32,000 nt of DNA from Pseudoalteromonas tetraodonis (GTDB lineage: Bacteria; Pseudomonadota; Gammaproteobacteria; Enterobacterales; Alteromonadaceae). The notes under the pieces are model-generated. The model searched no databases and had not been told where the DNA came from. It saw nothing but the letters and a program-made list of their open reading frames with translations. Position numbers and translations under genes: made by a program. Shown here in pieces: positions 13,608 to 25,797 of this stretch; the first letter of the stretch is position 1; every line of letters starts with the position of its first letter. Location: contig NZ_CP011041.1 of NCBI RefSeq assembly GCF_002310835.1, positions 2,130,001 through 2,162,000 on the forward strand. The letters run 5' to 3'.

Positions 13608-15239
13608 ATGTCTAAAAATATTTTTAATGAAGCAAAAATACTGATTGTAGAGGAGCAGCCACTTGCTCAAAGCTACATGAAACAGTCGCTCGAAAAAATT
13701 GGCTTTGGACATATGCGTTTTGCAGATCATGCTCTAGCGGCAAAAGAACAATGCTTACATGAAGAATTTGACTTGGTAATTTGCTCTTTTAATCTAAGCA
13801 AACGCCAAGATGGCTACCAGCTTTATGAAGAATTACGCGCTAAAGCATTAATAAAACACTCTACTGGGTTTATTTTTACATCTGCGGAAACTAGCGGAGA
13901 GTTAGTTCACAGTGTGTTAGAACTTCAACCCGATGACTTTTTAGTAAAACCTTTCTCTGTACAAGAGCTAAGAGTGCGCATAGAGCGTATTCTCAAACGC
14001 AAAAGCGACTTAAAAGCTATATACACTTTAATTGATGATGATAACCAGTCTAAAGCATTAAAACAAATTAATGCTCAGCTTGATAAAAGTAATAAATACA
14101 GCCCTATTCTGCTTAGATTAAAAGGTAATATTTTACTGGCGCTAAAACAAAACCAAGAAGCGAAAGACTTTTTTAAATCAGTTTTGAATATTCAAAAGTT
14201 TGCATGGGCAAAAGTAGGATTGGTAGAAGCCTTAATTGCTAACAATGAGCATATTTTGGCTCAACGCATGCTTAAAACAATGCTTGAACGTAATGAAACT
14301 CGACTAGTTGCATTAGACTTATTAGGGCGTTTAGAAATAAAATTAAACCAGTTTGAGTTAGCTCAAGAGTTTTTAAGTCAAGCAGCCCATATTGCCCCGC
14401 GTAATATAGACCGTCAAAAGTCACTGAACAGCGTATCGCTCATTAATAGAGATTATGAAACCAGCTACTTAACTCAAAAGGATATTGCCACTTTTGCTAA
14501 GTACTCTATGCATGATAGCCCAGACATTTATTTAAATGCCGCTCGTGCTGGGATTGATTTTGCACTAACCACAGATCAAACTGACCAAATAAACAGAATT
14601 TCCCGTCAAACAAATAAATATATTAATGAGCTAAAAACACAATTCCCAACCAGTAATGCACAAACTCAAATCGATGTGCTCAATGCGCGCCTTTATTATT
14701 TAAAAGATGAACATAAAAAAGCGAAACAGTTGATTGAACAACTTGATGACAGCGATACTCAAATACGTTCAGTCGATGGTGCCCTAGATAAAGCAAAAGC
14801 ATTACATGAATTAGGTTTTCATCAGAAGGCGCAAGCGCTATTTAGCCAAATTATTGATCATTGCGAACGCCACCCAAGTAGGAGCGACGCGACGTACTTG
14901 CGTTATATACAGCAACAGCAAAGTGAAAGACGTGATATTAAAATGGGGCCGAAGGAACTTAACAATCATGCAGTTAAACAGTTTGAGCGTGGCCAGTTAA
15001 ATGTTGCTTTAGAGGCATTCAGCCAAGCCTTTAGGGTCATGCCACACAACCCAAGTATCGCACTTAACTTATTACAGTGTTTAGTGGATAAATCAAAAAA
15101 ACAGGGGGGCTCTTTCAATAGTCTATTGGCTCAAAAGTGCTTTAAACTATTAAAAAAATCACCCTTAGCAGAAGAGCAATCAGAGCGGTTCGATAAACTA
15201 CTTCAGATTGCTAAAGAAATGAAACTAGAGATTAGCTAG
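13608..15239 (+). CDS. Receiver-domain (atypical, Asp-less) plus TPR-repeat protein
   Basis: The ORF is open from GTG 13581. ATG 13608 (MSKNIF...) is an equally plausible start. The N-terminal 120 aa are CheY-like (ILIVEE...DLVICSFNLSKRQDG...FTSAE...LVKPF). The remainder is helical with TPR-like repeats. Confidence 0.8.
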   Translation: MSKNIFNEAKILIVEEQPLAQSYMKQSLEKIGFGHMRFADHALAAKEQCLHEEFDLVICSFNLSKRQDGYQLYEELRAKALIKHSTGFIFTSAETSGELVHSVLELQPDDFLVKPFSVQELRVRIERILKRKSDLKAIYTLIDDDNQSKALKQINAQLDKSNKYSPILLRLKGNILLALKQNQEAKDFFKSVLNIQKFAWAKVGLVEALIANNEHILAQRMLKTMLERNETRLVALDLLGRLEIKLNQFELAQEFLSQAAHIAPRNIDRQKSLNSVSLINRDYETSYLTQKDIATFAKYSMHDSPDIYLNAARAGIDFALTTDQTDQINRISRQTNKYINELKTQFPTSNAQTQIDVLNARLYYLKDEHKKAKQLIEQLDDSDTQIRSVDGALDKAKALHELGFHQKAQALFSQIIDHCERHPSRSDATYLRYIQQQQSERRDIKMGPKELNNHAVKQFERGQLNVALEAFSQAFRVMPHNPSIALNLLQCLVDKSKKQGGSFNSLLAQKCFKLLKKSPLAEEQSERFDKLLQIAKEMKLEIS

Positions 15240-15600
15240 GGCCTGTTGACATTTGCGGATTAAAATTTGTTCAAGCAAGGGACGATTTAATCGCGGCGTG
15301 AGGTTTGTAACCTAGTGGGCTCGATAACTGCTCCTGTGTTATTCTACTGGCTTACATCCATGTAAGAATAAGTAAAAGCCGAGCAAAGCTTCCGCGTCCT
15401 GCTCACGCCCCTTACCTACATCCATGTAGGCAACAAAGAGTTAATCGTCCCTTGGCAGAACCCTTTGGGCAGCGCCTGTTTGGAATTGATGCTCCGTTAT
15501 CGCCCATTTATGGGGAATAACCACACCACATAGGCTCTGCCTTGCCTAAATACCAAACAGACTGCTGCAAATTTAACCTTGAAAGGCCAACAGGCCCTAG
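15236..15600. mobile_element. MITE/ERIC-like 365-bp structured non-coding element with 13-bp perfect terminal inverted repeats
   Basis: CTAGGGCCTGTTG (15236-15248) is the exact reverse complement of CAACAGGCCCTAG (15588-15600). Nested internal inverted repeats are AAGGGACGATTTAA/TTAATCGTCCCTT and GGCGTGAG/CTCACGCC. There are two copies of the hairpin (C)TACATCCATGTA(G). No credible ORF. Confidence 0.6.
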
Positions 15601-16037
15601 AGCTTTTTCATTGCCAGTGCGTTTACACAGTAGCGCAAGCCGGAAGGAAGTGGGCCATCAGGGAAAATATGCCCTAAGTGCGCATCACACACATTACAAA
15701 CAACTTCAACTCGCTCCATGCCATGGCTGTTATCCATTACATACCCTATCGCATCAACCGTTGCAGGTTGTGTAAATGAAGGCCATCCTGTGCCACTATC
15801 AAACTTTTCATCCGCATCAAACAGTAGGTTGTCACAACACACACACACGTACTTTCCCGGTTCTAATAGTGTGCAACTAGTTGAACTATTTGGGCGCTCT
15901 GTGCCTTTTTTACGGGTCACGTAATATTGCTCTTCGTTTAACAGTTCACGCCATTGCTGATCTGTTTTAACTACTTTTTGAACCGGAGTCGGATTGCCAT
16001 GGTTGGCAAAATTAACAATATCATTCCATTTCAACAT
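15597..16037 (-). CDS. msrB: Peptide-methionine (R)-S-oxide reductase
   Basis: 146 aa. The GTERP motif, two CxxC pairs (CVCC, CNVC), GWPSF and RYCVNALAM (catalytic Cys) are typical of MsrB/SelR. Confidence 0.92.
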   Translation of the reverse strand: MLKWNDIVNFANHGNPTPVQKVVKTDQQWRELLNEEQYYVTRKKGTERPNSSTSCTLLEPGKYVCVCCDNLLFDADEKFDSGTGWPSFTQPATVDAIGYVMDNSHGMERVEVVCNVCDAHLGHIFPDGPLPSGLRYCVNALAMKKL

Positions 16038-16132
16038 AACAACCTCATTGCGTTATTAATTTGCTTCATACTAAGCCACAATCATGGGCTGACAGCCTAT
16101 CATTACGTCTGTGGCTAATACCACGATCAACG

Positions 16133-16573
16133 CTATTTAAACACTATACGGTGCTTCTCTGTTGCTGTAAGTATACGGCTTATATAAGCGTGTAATTGAG
16201 CTTGACTACCAGGAATACTCACGCTTAATTGCCTGTCATTATTACTATGCACTATTAGCTCATCGTCTTTTATCTCTATTGACTCAATATTGCTGATGAC
16301 TAACCAATGCGGGCCATTCTTTTTATCAAACAACCCGGTTAAACTAAAAACAAACAAATGCTGCGCATCACGCTGAATAAAGTTACGCAGCGGGTTACGC
16401 ATTTTAAATAACGGCGTTAACCGGTAACAGCACGAACAAAATACCACTATCCACAATAGCAATATCCCTTTAAACCAAATATGTTCGCCTAATGATAAAA
16501 AATAGCCAACGCAGATAAGAATCAGCCCTATAAAGGCCACTACTTGCGCTATTTTTTTATTAATAGTGTGCAT
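16133..16573 (-). CDS. Small membrane protein of unknown function (2 TM + soluble C-terminal domain)
   Basis: 146 aa with two N-terminal hydrophobic helices. Co-directional with and 6 bp from the preceding ORF. Confidence 0.55.
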   Translation of the reverse strand: MHTINKKIAQVVAFIGLILICVGYFLSLGEHIWFKGILLLWIVVFCSCCYRLTPLFKMRNPLRNFIQRDAQHLFVFSLTGLFDKKNGPHWLVISNIESIEIKDDELIVHSNNDRQLSVSIPGSQAQLHAYISRILTATEKHRIVFK

Positions 16574-16579
16574 AATCTC

Positions 16580-17076
16580 TTACTTTTTATCGGTTGCTTT
16601 TTCTGTCGGCTCGGGCCAATCACTAAAAAAAACACTTAAATAACGACTTTTTGCCAAATACCACAATACCCACAATACAATCACCATTTGTATGGCTAAA
16701 AACAGTGAAAAGCGATAATGGCTATGTGCCGCCTGGATACTTAACCACGACAAGTCTATTAGCGCGCAAGTAATAAGTGGCCAACGCATGTATCGCCAAA
16801 CACGCGCTAACCGTTTCGTAGCTTGATGCGAGTCTCTGGGTCTGCGTAAACAAAACAAAATAGTGGGTACAATTGCCACAGCACCAATCGCTATGGCAAT
16901 AAAAAAATCATTTTTTGATTTAAAAAACAATGACATTAGATCAAGTTCAGGACGACGGCTCAGCGCGGCAATCACCCAAATAAAATAGGCCCGCAGTAAC
17001 ACTAAAATACTCAAATGAAACGCTATTGGCGTACGATAGCTGCCATATTTATCCCAGTATTCAGGTCCATAACGGC

Positions 17077-17080
<4 letters not shown>
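16580..17080 (-). CDS. Polytopic membrane protein of unknown function
   Basis: 166 aa with about 4 TM segments. Its start overlaps the upstream ORF stop by 4 nt. Confidence 0.6.
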
Positions 17081-19491
<2,411 letters not shown>

Positions 19492-19514
19492 ACAAAATTT
19501 AACTTATGCGTATG

Positions 19515-20261
19515 TTACGCAGAAAATACGCGAACCTGTTCAACATATTGACGAATACGCTCTACCGTCATTACATTTCGCTCTGCATCTAAAATATCGG
19601 CACCAAATTCATCCGCTATTTTTTTAGCGGCGCTGTGCAGCATGTTAAACGCGGCTAAACCGTCGCCATCGCATGGCAGAGTCATAAATAAGCTCACCCC
19701 AGCGGTGCTAAATTGTTCCATATTATCAATATCGAACGTGCCTGGGTTATACATATTCACCAACCTAAATAACACCGGCCCTTGGCCTGCTGGGTCTAGG
19801 TGGCGATTAAAAAAGCCTTCTTCTGAATATTTAAAACCTAGCATGTTAACAGCAGGCAGTAATTTACTGCCTTGCATAGTGAGCCCTTCTGGCATTTGAA
19901 TATGCACAATGACAAAGTCTGCAACGTCTTTAGGGGCATCTTGTTGTGTGTCTGCGGCCTCTTCTGTTACCACTTCAAGGTCATCCTCGATAGGTGTATT
20001 TACTGGGCTTTCGTCTATCTGTGGTTCATCAGCGCTGAAGTTTAACTCACTCATTTGTGGCTCTTCTCGTTGCGCTAACGTTGGCTCTTGTGGCTCAGTA
20101 TGTACAGATGAAGGCTGCTGTTCTTGAACAGGCTCGACTCGCTCATTTGCAGGGAGTTCAGCATTCTCTTTTTTTCTTACTGACCACAAACCGTGTATTA
20201 ATAAGCCACCAATGACAAATACACTGATCACAATTAAAACCCATCTTAATTCTTCGGCCAT
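19515..20261 (-). CDS. zipA: Cell division protein ZipA
   Basis: The N-terminal TM anchor MAEELRWVLIVISVFVIGGLLIHGLWSVRKKE parallels E. coli ZipA. It has an acidic/P-Q-rich linker and a C-terminal FtsZ-binding domain. Conserved position upstream of ligA. Confidence 0.9.
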   Translation of the reverse strand: MAEELRWVLIVISVFVIGGLLIHGLWSVRKKENAELPANERVEPVQEQQPSSVHTEPQEPTLAQREEPQMSELNFSADEPQIDESPVNTPIEDDLEVVTEEAADTQQDAPKDVADFVIVHIQMPEGLTMQGSKLLPAVNMLGFKYSEEGFFNRHLDPAGQGPVLFRLVNMYNPGTFDIDNMEQFSTAGVSLFMTLPCDGDGLAAFNMLHSAAKKIADEFGADILDAERNVMTVERIRQYVEQVRVFSA

Positions 20262-20334
20262 CCCCTCACCTTTTATTATTAATATGCCTAACAGCCATCA
20301 TTTTACCTAAAATAACCAGCAAATGACTATAAAA

Positions 20335-23300
20335 TTATGCATGTGCAAGTTGCACCGCTTGTTCAATATCCACAGCAACCATGCGCGACACGCCGGGCTC
20401 TGCCATGGTTACACCCGTTAATCTACCCGCCATTTCCATTGCAATTTTATTATGACTAATATAAATAAACTGCACAGATTGTGACATTTCTTCAACCAAA
20501 CGGCAAAAACGAACCACATTGGCATCATCTAATGGAGCATCTACCTCGTCCAGCATACAGAATGGAGCTGGATTGAGCCTGAATATAGAAAACACCAATG
20601 ATAATGCGCTCAGCGCTTTTTCTCCACCACTTAACAAATGAATTGTCGAATTTTTTTTACCTGGTGGCCTTGCCATTATACTAACACCACTTTCGAGTAA
20701 ATCGTCACTGGTTAATTCTAAGTAAGCACTGCCGCCGCCAAACACTTTGGGGAAAAGCTGGCCAAAATCGTGATTTACCTGATCAAACGTAGACTTAAAG
20801 CGCGTTTTTGTTTCACGATCTATTTTATGAATAGCGCCTTCTAAAGCTGTTAATGCTTGGGTTAAATCGTCCAGCTGATTATTTAAATAATCACTTCTTT
20901 GCTTCGCTTGTTCAAACTCATCAATAGCTGCAAGGTTAACGGCTCCTAATTGCTCTAGCTGATTACTTACTCCAGCAAGTTGATTTTGCGCCGCATTTAA
21001 TGACAACTCTGCAGGAAGCTCTGCTAATACCTGTTTTAAATTTTGATTAAGCTCACTAAGTGGCTCTAGTACCGCTTGCGCTTTTATTAGTAAGCTTTGC
21101 TCTTCAATACTCAGCTTTTGATGCTGATCTTGCAATGCCACCAGCTCAGCTTGTGACGTTTTTAAACTCGCTTGTTTGTTTTGTAATTCTTGTTTTGCTT
21201 GAGCTAACTGCTGCTGAATATCCACAAGGGTTTGTTCGCCTTGTTGGTGCTGTACTAATAATTGCTCAATACTTAGTGCAAGCTCTTGCTCAGGAATAAG
21301 TAACGCTTCAATCTGCTCTATTATCTCTTGCGCATCCTCTTCGGCACTAGTAAACGCCTGTACAGCATGACTCAGTTTTGTTTGACTGAGCTGCCATTCA
21401 CTTCGTGCTTTTTGCTCATTAAGGTTTGCCTGATGCGCTAGTGTTTTATATTGTTCAGCATTATTCAAAGCTTGTTTGTAACGCTCATCACTATTTATTT
21501 GTGTGCTATCGGCTTGGCTAAGCTCTTTAGCTAAGGCCTGTAACTGCTGTGCAAGCTGTTCATTTTTATCGAGCTCTTCGCTCAATAATTCGCTTAACTG
21601 CTGTTGTTGCTCTAGCAGAGGCAGACGCTGTTGTTGTAATTTTGTTAGCTGCTGCAGATGCTGATCAGCTTGCGCTTTAAGCATATCGCCACGCGTTGTT
21701 GCTACAGCAAGTTGTTGTGCTAACTGGTGAATAGTGTCTTTGCGCTCATTTTGCTGAACAGTTAACAATGCAGCCTGCGTTTTATGTTCTTCAAGTGTGG
21801 AGTGTGCGTTCGTCAATGCCTGTTGTTGTTGCTCAAGTAAGGTTTCTTGCTGCTTGAGTTTTTTGTGCATTAATAATAAGGAATTTTCTGCATTTTTATC
21901 GCCACTTACATGCCAGTTTCGACCATGTAATGCCCCTTGCTTATCTATAACCGCAATATAACTATTGTCGTTAAGTGCGCTTATATCGCCGGCTTCATCA
22001 TAAGCAATATGATTTAATAACTCAGGATACACGCCTGAGGTAATAAACGCGGCAATACTGTGCTTAGCTGCAGACTGCGATGCAATTTCCCACGTGCTAT
22101 TTTCTGCTTTACCTTGTGATATATGAATATGCTCAAGTGATGACAGCGCCTGCTCGACTAAAAACTCATATCCCGACTGAACAGTTAACTGCTTAAATAA
22201 GGTTAAACTTTCATCGCTGCTTTTTTCAAGCCCAAGAGTAGTTTGTAGCCCCGCTATACCGGCTTTTAATTCATTTACTTGCTGAGATAAATGCTGCCAA
22301 TCTTGCTGTGCATCATCTAGCTGTTGCTGCTGAGCAGTTTGCGCAGTTTGGCCTTTACTGTGAGCCGTTTGCGCTTTCGCTAGCTGCTCAGTCAGGACTT
22401 GTCTGTGCTGTTGTTGCTGAGTTAATTGCTGCTCTATCTCACTGCGTTTTAACTCATCTATTTGCTCATCAAGCTGCGTTAGTTGTTGCTTAACATAACT
22501 GATTTTCTGTTCTGTATGTTTTACTGCGTTGGTATGCGCTAACTGCTGATTATGCAATTGTTGATAATCTTCTGTTAGTGATTGCCAGTGTGATGTGTCG
22601 GCATTTTTAATCTCCAGCAGCCGATTAACCTCATCGGTAAGCTCTATAACTTGCTCGCTACACATTAAGTGATGCTCAATAGCCTGTTGCAAGCTGTCGT
22701 CTAACTCTTGGCAGAGACTTTGTTGCTGTGTTTTGACTTCTTCACTTTGATTTTTTTGCTGCTCTAACTTGGCTAAGTTTTGTTTCAGTGACAGCGTTTG
22801 TTGTTTAATGCTAATTTGCTGCTGTTCACTGCGAGTCAATTCTGTATGTGTATGGTGCTGCTGTTGCTGTGCATCATTAAGTTTATCTTGCTGAACTTGT
22901 ACTTGAGCTTCAAGGCTTGCCAGAACATCATCATGGCCTGAATGCGCCGTTTTAAAAAAGCTGATTTGTTCATCCAGCTTTTTTATTTGCGCACTTTTAT
23001 CAACTTGTTGCTGATGCAACTTTTGCCATTTTAATACCGCTATTTGCCCCTTTAAGGTGCGCTCTTGAGTTTTAAATTCGCGGTATTTTTTAGCCTCAAC
23101 CGATTGTACTGCAAGTTTATCAAGCTGGTTTTGTAACTCTTGGCGAACATCGAGGAGTCGCTCTAGGTTTTCTCGGGTGCTTTTTATGCGTGTTTGTGTT
23201 TCACGGCGGCGCTCTTTGTATTTAGAGACCCCAGCGGCTTCTTCTAAGAAAACACGTAGCTCTTGCGGTTTGCTCTCAATTAAACGTGAGATCATCCCTT

Positions 23301-23736
23301 GTTCAATAATAGCGTAGCTTCGCGGCCCAAGCCCCGTGCCTAAAAATATATCAGTAATGTCACGTTTGCGGCATTTGCTTCCATTTAAAAAGTACAGCGA
23401 TTGGCCATCGCGAGTTACCAAACGCTTAATCGCCACTTGGTTACGATCAGCAAAGATATTGGGTAATTTACCTTGGGTATTATCAAATATGAGTTCAACA
23501 GAAGCTTGTGAGATGGGCTTGCGGTTAGTGGAGCCATTAAAAATAACATCTGTCATGGCATCGCCACGTAAATTTTTAGCTGAGCTTTCACCAAGCACCC
23601 ATCGCACCGCATCAATCACGTTCGATTTGCCACAGCCGTTAGGGCCGACAACACACGTCATTTGATCCGGAAATGGAATTTTAGTGGGCTCTACAAAGGA
23701 TTTAAAGCCCGCTAATTTTATAGTGCTTAAGCGCAT
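20335..23736 (-). CDS. smc: Chromosome segregation protein SMC
   Basis: 1133 aa. N-terminal Walker A GPNGCGKSN, long Q-rich coiled coils, C-terminal signature LSGGEK and Walker B CMLDEVDAPLD. Confidence 0.93.
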   Translation of the reverse strand: MRLSTIKLAGFKSFVEPTKIPFPDQMTCVVGPNGCGKSNVIDAVRWVLGESSAKNLRGDAMTDVIFNGSTNRKPISQASVELIFDNTQGKLPNIFADRNQVAIKRLVTRDGQSLYFLNGSKCRKRDITDIFLGTGLGPRSYAIIEQGMISRLIESKPQELRVFLEEAAGVSKYKERRRETQTRIKSTRENLERLLDVRQELQNQLDKLAVQSVEAKKYREFKTQERTLKGQIAVLKWQKLHQQQVDKSAQIKKLDEQISFFKTAHSGHDDVLASLEAQVQVQQDKLNDAQQQQHHTHTELTRSEQQQISIKQQTLSLKQNLAKLEQQKNQSEEVKTQQQSLCQELDDSLQQAIEHHLMCSEQVIELTDEVNRLLEIKNADTSHWQSLTEDYQQLHNQQLAHTNAVKHTEQKISYVKQQLTQLDEQIDELKRSEIEQQLTQQQQHRQVLTEQLAKAQTAHSKGQTAQTAQQQQLDDAQQDWQHLSQQVNELKAGIAGLQTTLGLEKSSDESLTLFKQLTVQSGYEFLVEQALSSLEHIHISQGKAENSTWEIASQSAAKHSIAAFITSGVYPELLNHIAYDEAGDISALNDNSYIAVIDKQGALHGRNWHVSGDKNAENSLLLMHKKLKQQETLLEQQQQALTNAHSTLEEHKTQAALLTVQQNERKDTIHQLAQQLAVATTRGDMLKAQADQHLQQLTKLQQQRLPLLEQQQQLSELLSEELDKNEQLAQQLQALAKELSQADSTQINSDERYKQALNNAEQYKTLAHQANLNEQKARSEWQLSQTKLSHAVQAFTSAEEDAQEIIEQIEALLIPEQELALSIEQLLVQHQQGEQTLVDIQQQLAQAKQELQNKQASLKTSQAELVALQDQHQKLSIEEQSLLIKAQAVLEPLSELNQNLKQVLAELPAELSLNAAQNQLAGVSNQLEQLGAVNLAAIDEFEQAKQRSDYLNNQLDDLTQALTALEGAIHKIDRETKTRFKSTFDQVNHDFGQLFPKVFGGGSAYLELTSDDLLESGVSIMARPPGKKNSTIHLLSGGEKALSALSLVFSIFRLNPAPFCMLDEVDAPLDDANVVRFCRLVEEMSQSVQFIYISHNKIAMEMAGRLTGVTMAEPGVSRMVAVDIEQAVQLAHA

Positions 23737-23804
23737 CTGTTTGTTTTACCAATTTTTATTATTTTTGTTAGTTGTTACAATTTAACCTATTTTTAGGCAA
23801 AAGG

Positions 23805-24536
23805 TTAAGCTTGGCGTTTAAAGTTATCTAAAATAATGCCCGTTGCCATTGCCACGTTAAGCGATTCAGCACCACCAAAGGCAGGGATGGTAATTTTATT
23901 TGTCACCAGCGCTGCGCACTGCTGACGTATACCATGTGACTCGCTGCCCATTAATAACACCCCTTTCCCAGTAAACTGGCAATGATGGACATTCTCGCCC
24001 TCTAAAAATGCACCATAAATAGGCACATCCAAAGATGTTAAATAGCCAGGTAAATCAACTTGGCTTACCGATACACGAACAAATGACCCCATAGTGGCGC
24101 TAATTGTTTTTGGGTTATACGGATCGGCACTGTCAGTGCTAGCAACAATGTGTTTTATACCGTACCAATCAGCCACGCGAATGATGGTACCTAAATTACC
24201 CGGATCAGACACTCCATCTAAGGCCAATATTAAGCTGCTTTCATCGGGTAATGTGGTACTTGGCATATCAACAATGGCAATCGCCGCATTATTAGTGACT
24301 AAAGTACTTACCTTTGTTAACTGTTCTTCATCAGCAACAATAAAATGCGTTTGAGGGTATGCGCTTTGGTTATTATCAATAAAGTTTTGCGTTGCAAACA
24401 CATCGGTTACTTTTAATGGGCTATTTAATAACTCCAGTACATTTTTTTCGCCTTGTACAAGGTATTGATTAAGTTGCTTGCGGTACTTCTTTTGGCCAAG
24501 CTGGCGAATTAGTTTAAGTTGGTTTTTTGAAATCAT
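23805..24536 (-). CDS. TrmH/SpoU-family RNA 2'-O-methyltransferase
   Basis: 243 aa. SpoU motifs are present: DGVSDPGNLGTIIRVADWYG, VLLMGSESHGI, IPAFGGAESLNVAMATGIIL. Confidence 0.85.
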   Translation of the reverse strand: MISKNQLKLIRQLGQKKYRKQLNQYLVQGEKNVLELLNSPLKVTDVFATQNFIDNNQSAYPQTHFIVADEEQLTKVSTLVTNNAAIAIVDMPSTTLPDESSLILALDGVSDPGNLGTIIRVADWYGIKHIVASTDSADPYNPKTISATMGSFVRVSVSQVDLPGYLTSLDVPIYGAFLEGENVHHCQFTGKGVLLMGSESHGIRQQCAALVTNKITIPAFGGAESLNVAMATGIILDNFKRQA

Positions 24537-24708
24537 GTCAGCCCCGTTAAATTATCTGCACAGTATACCAGAGGTGACTTAAAGTGCAGCCCCATAAACA
24601 GTAAAAGCAATAAAATTAGCCTACTTACAATAAGCTAGCTAATTATAAAGATTGTTTTTATTCTCTAAAAAGGGTAAATTTACAAAAAATTACAAGGACT
24701 TTTTTTAA

Positions 24709-25797
24709 ATGGAATCAATACACCCAACTTCATCTGAGTCAAATCAAACACCCCCTGCTATTTTTAGCGGTAAAGTACAATTTAGCGGCAAAAGCGGCGA
24801 ATTTTTTGGCATATGGAGTGTCAATATACTGCTAAGTATTATTACTTTAGGAATTTACTCTGCATGGGCAAAAGTACGCACCTACCGTTATTTTTACGGT
24901 CATACGCGTATCGACGGCCATAGCTTTGACTATCTAGCGACCCCGATACAAATTTTAAAAGGGCGCATTTTAGCGGTCATCGCATTTTTAATTTACACCT
25001 TACTTAGCAGCCTCGCACCGGCGATAGGCCTTTTATTTGCTATTGGCTTTTTATTTTTATTGCCGTGGATCATCAACCAAGGTCTGCGTTTTAATATGCG
25101 TATGACTCGCCATCGTAATGTGCGCTTTGCCTTTTCAGGTAATTACGGCGATGCATTTATTAACTTTGTTTTATTGCCTATTGCAAGTGTATTCACATTA
25201 CACCTATTGCTGCCGTATGTATTAAAGCGAATTGATCAATATATGCATGAAAACATCAGCTATGGAAATAAACCACTTACAGTAAATCTTCAGGGCGAAC
25301 GCTATTATATCGCAGCACTTATTACCCTAGGAGTTGCAATAGGTGGCTTAGTTATTTTTGGCTTCTTTGCTGGTGCAAGTGCCTTAACTATCGATAACTT
25401 AAACACACAAAACTTTAGCCTTTCGACAATTGTAGTGCCGCTATTAATTGCTGTGTTGTATGTTGCGTTTTTAACACTGGTAGGCGCTGTTTATCATTCG
25501 CTTATTCGAAATCATATTTTTAATAACAGTGAATTTTCAGAAGTCGCTACCTTTGATTCGAACTTAAAAGCCATTGACTATGCCATCTTACTATTTACCA
25601 ATGTATTGGCAATTATGTTTACCTTAGGACTTGCCTACCCTTGGGCTAAAATACGCAGAGCAAAGCTGTTAGCATCGGTTACTGAAGTCACTATTTATAG
25701 CGGTGCGCTTTCGTTGATTGATGTTGCACAAAATGAGCAGTCATCATTTGCTGAAGAAGCTGCTAATGTGTTTGATATTGATATTTCACTCACCTAA
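24709..25797 (+). CDS. YjgN/DUF898-like polytopic inner-membrane protein
   Basis: 362 aa. FSGKSGEFFGIWSVNILLSIITLGIYSAWAKVRTYRYFYGHT near the N-terminus and GLAYPWAKIRRAKL near the C-terminus form the duplicated motif I associate with DUF898. Confidence 0.65.
   Translation: MESIHPTSSESNQTPPAIFSGKVQFSGKSGEFFGIWSVNILLSIITLGIYSAWAKVRTYRYFYGHTRIDGHSFDYLATPIQILKGRILAVIAFLIYTLLSSLAPAIGLLFAIGFLFLLPWIINQGLRFNMRMTRHRNVRFAFSGNYGDAFINFVLLPIASVFTLHLLLPYVLKRIDQYMHENISYGNKPLTVNLQGERYYIAALITLGVAIGGLVIFGFFAGASALTIDNLNTQNFSLSTIVVPLLIAVLYVAFLTLVGAVYHSLIRNHIFNNSEFSEVATFDSNLKAIDYAILLFTNVLAIMFTLGLAYPWAKIRRAKLLASVTEVTIYSGALSLIDVAQNEQSSFAEEAANVFDIDISLT

Noticed and set aside
15236-15600. The structured, roughly 360-nt non-coding region could be tmRNA, RNase P RNA or 6S RNA.
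   Set aside because: It lacks the tmRNA tRNA-like ends (GGGG...TCCACCA) and tag ORF. It lacks the RNase P conserved GGAAAGTCCGGGC / ACAGAACCCGGCTTA blocks. It is too long for 6S RNA. The perfect terminal inverted repeats fit a repeat element better.
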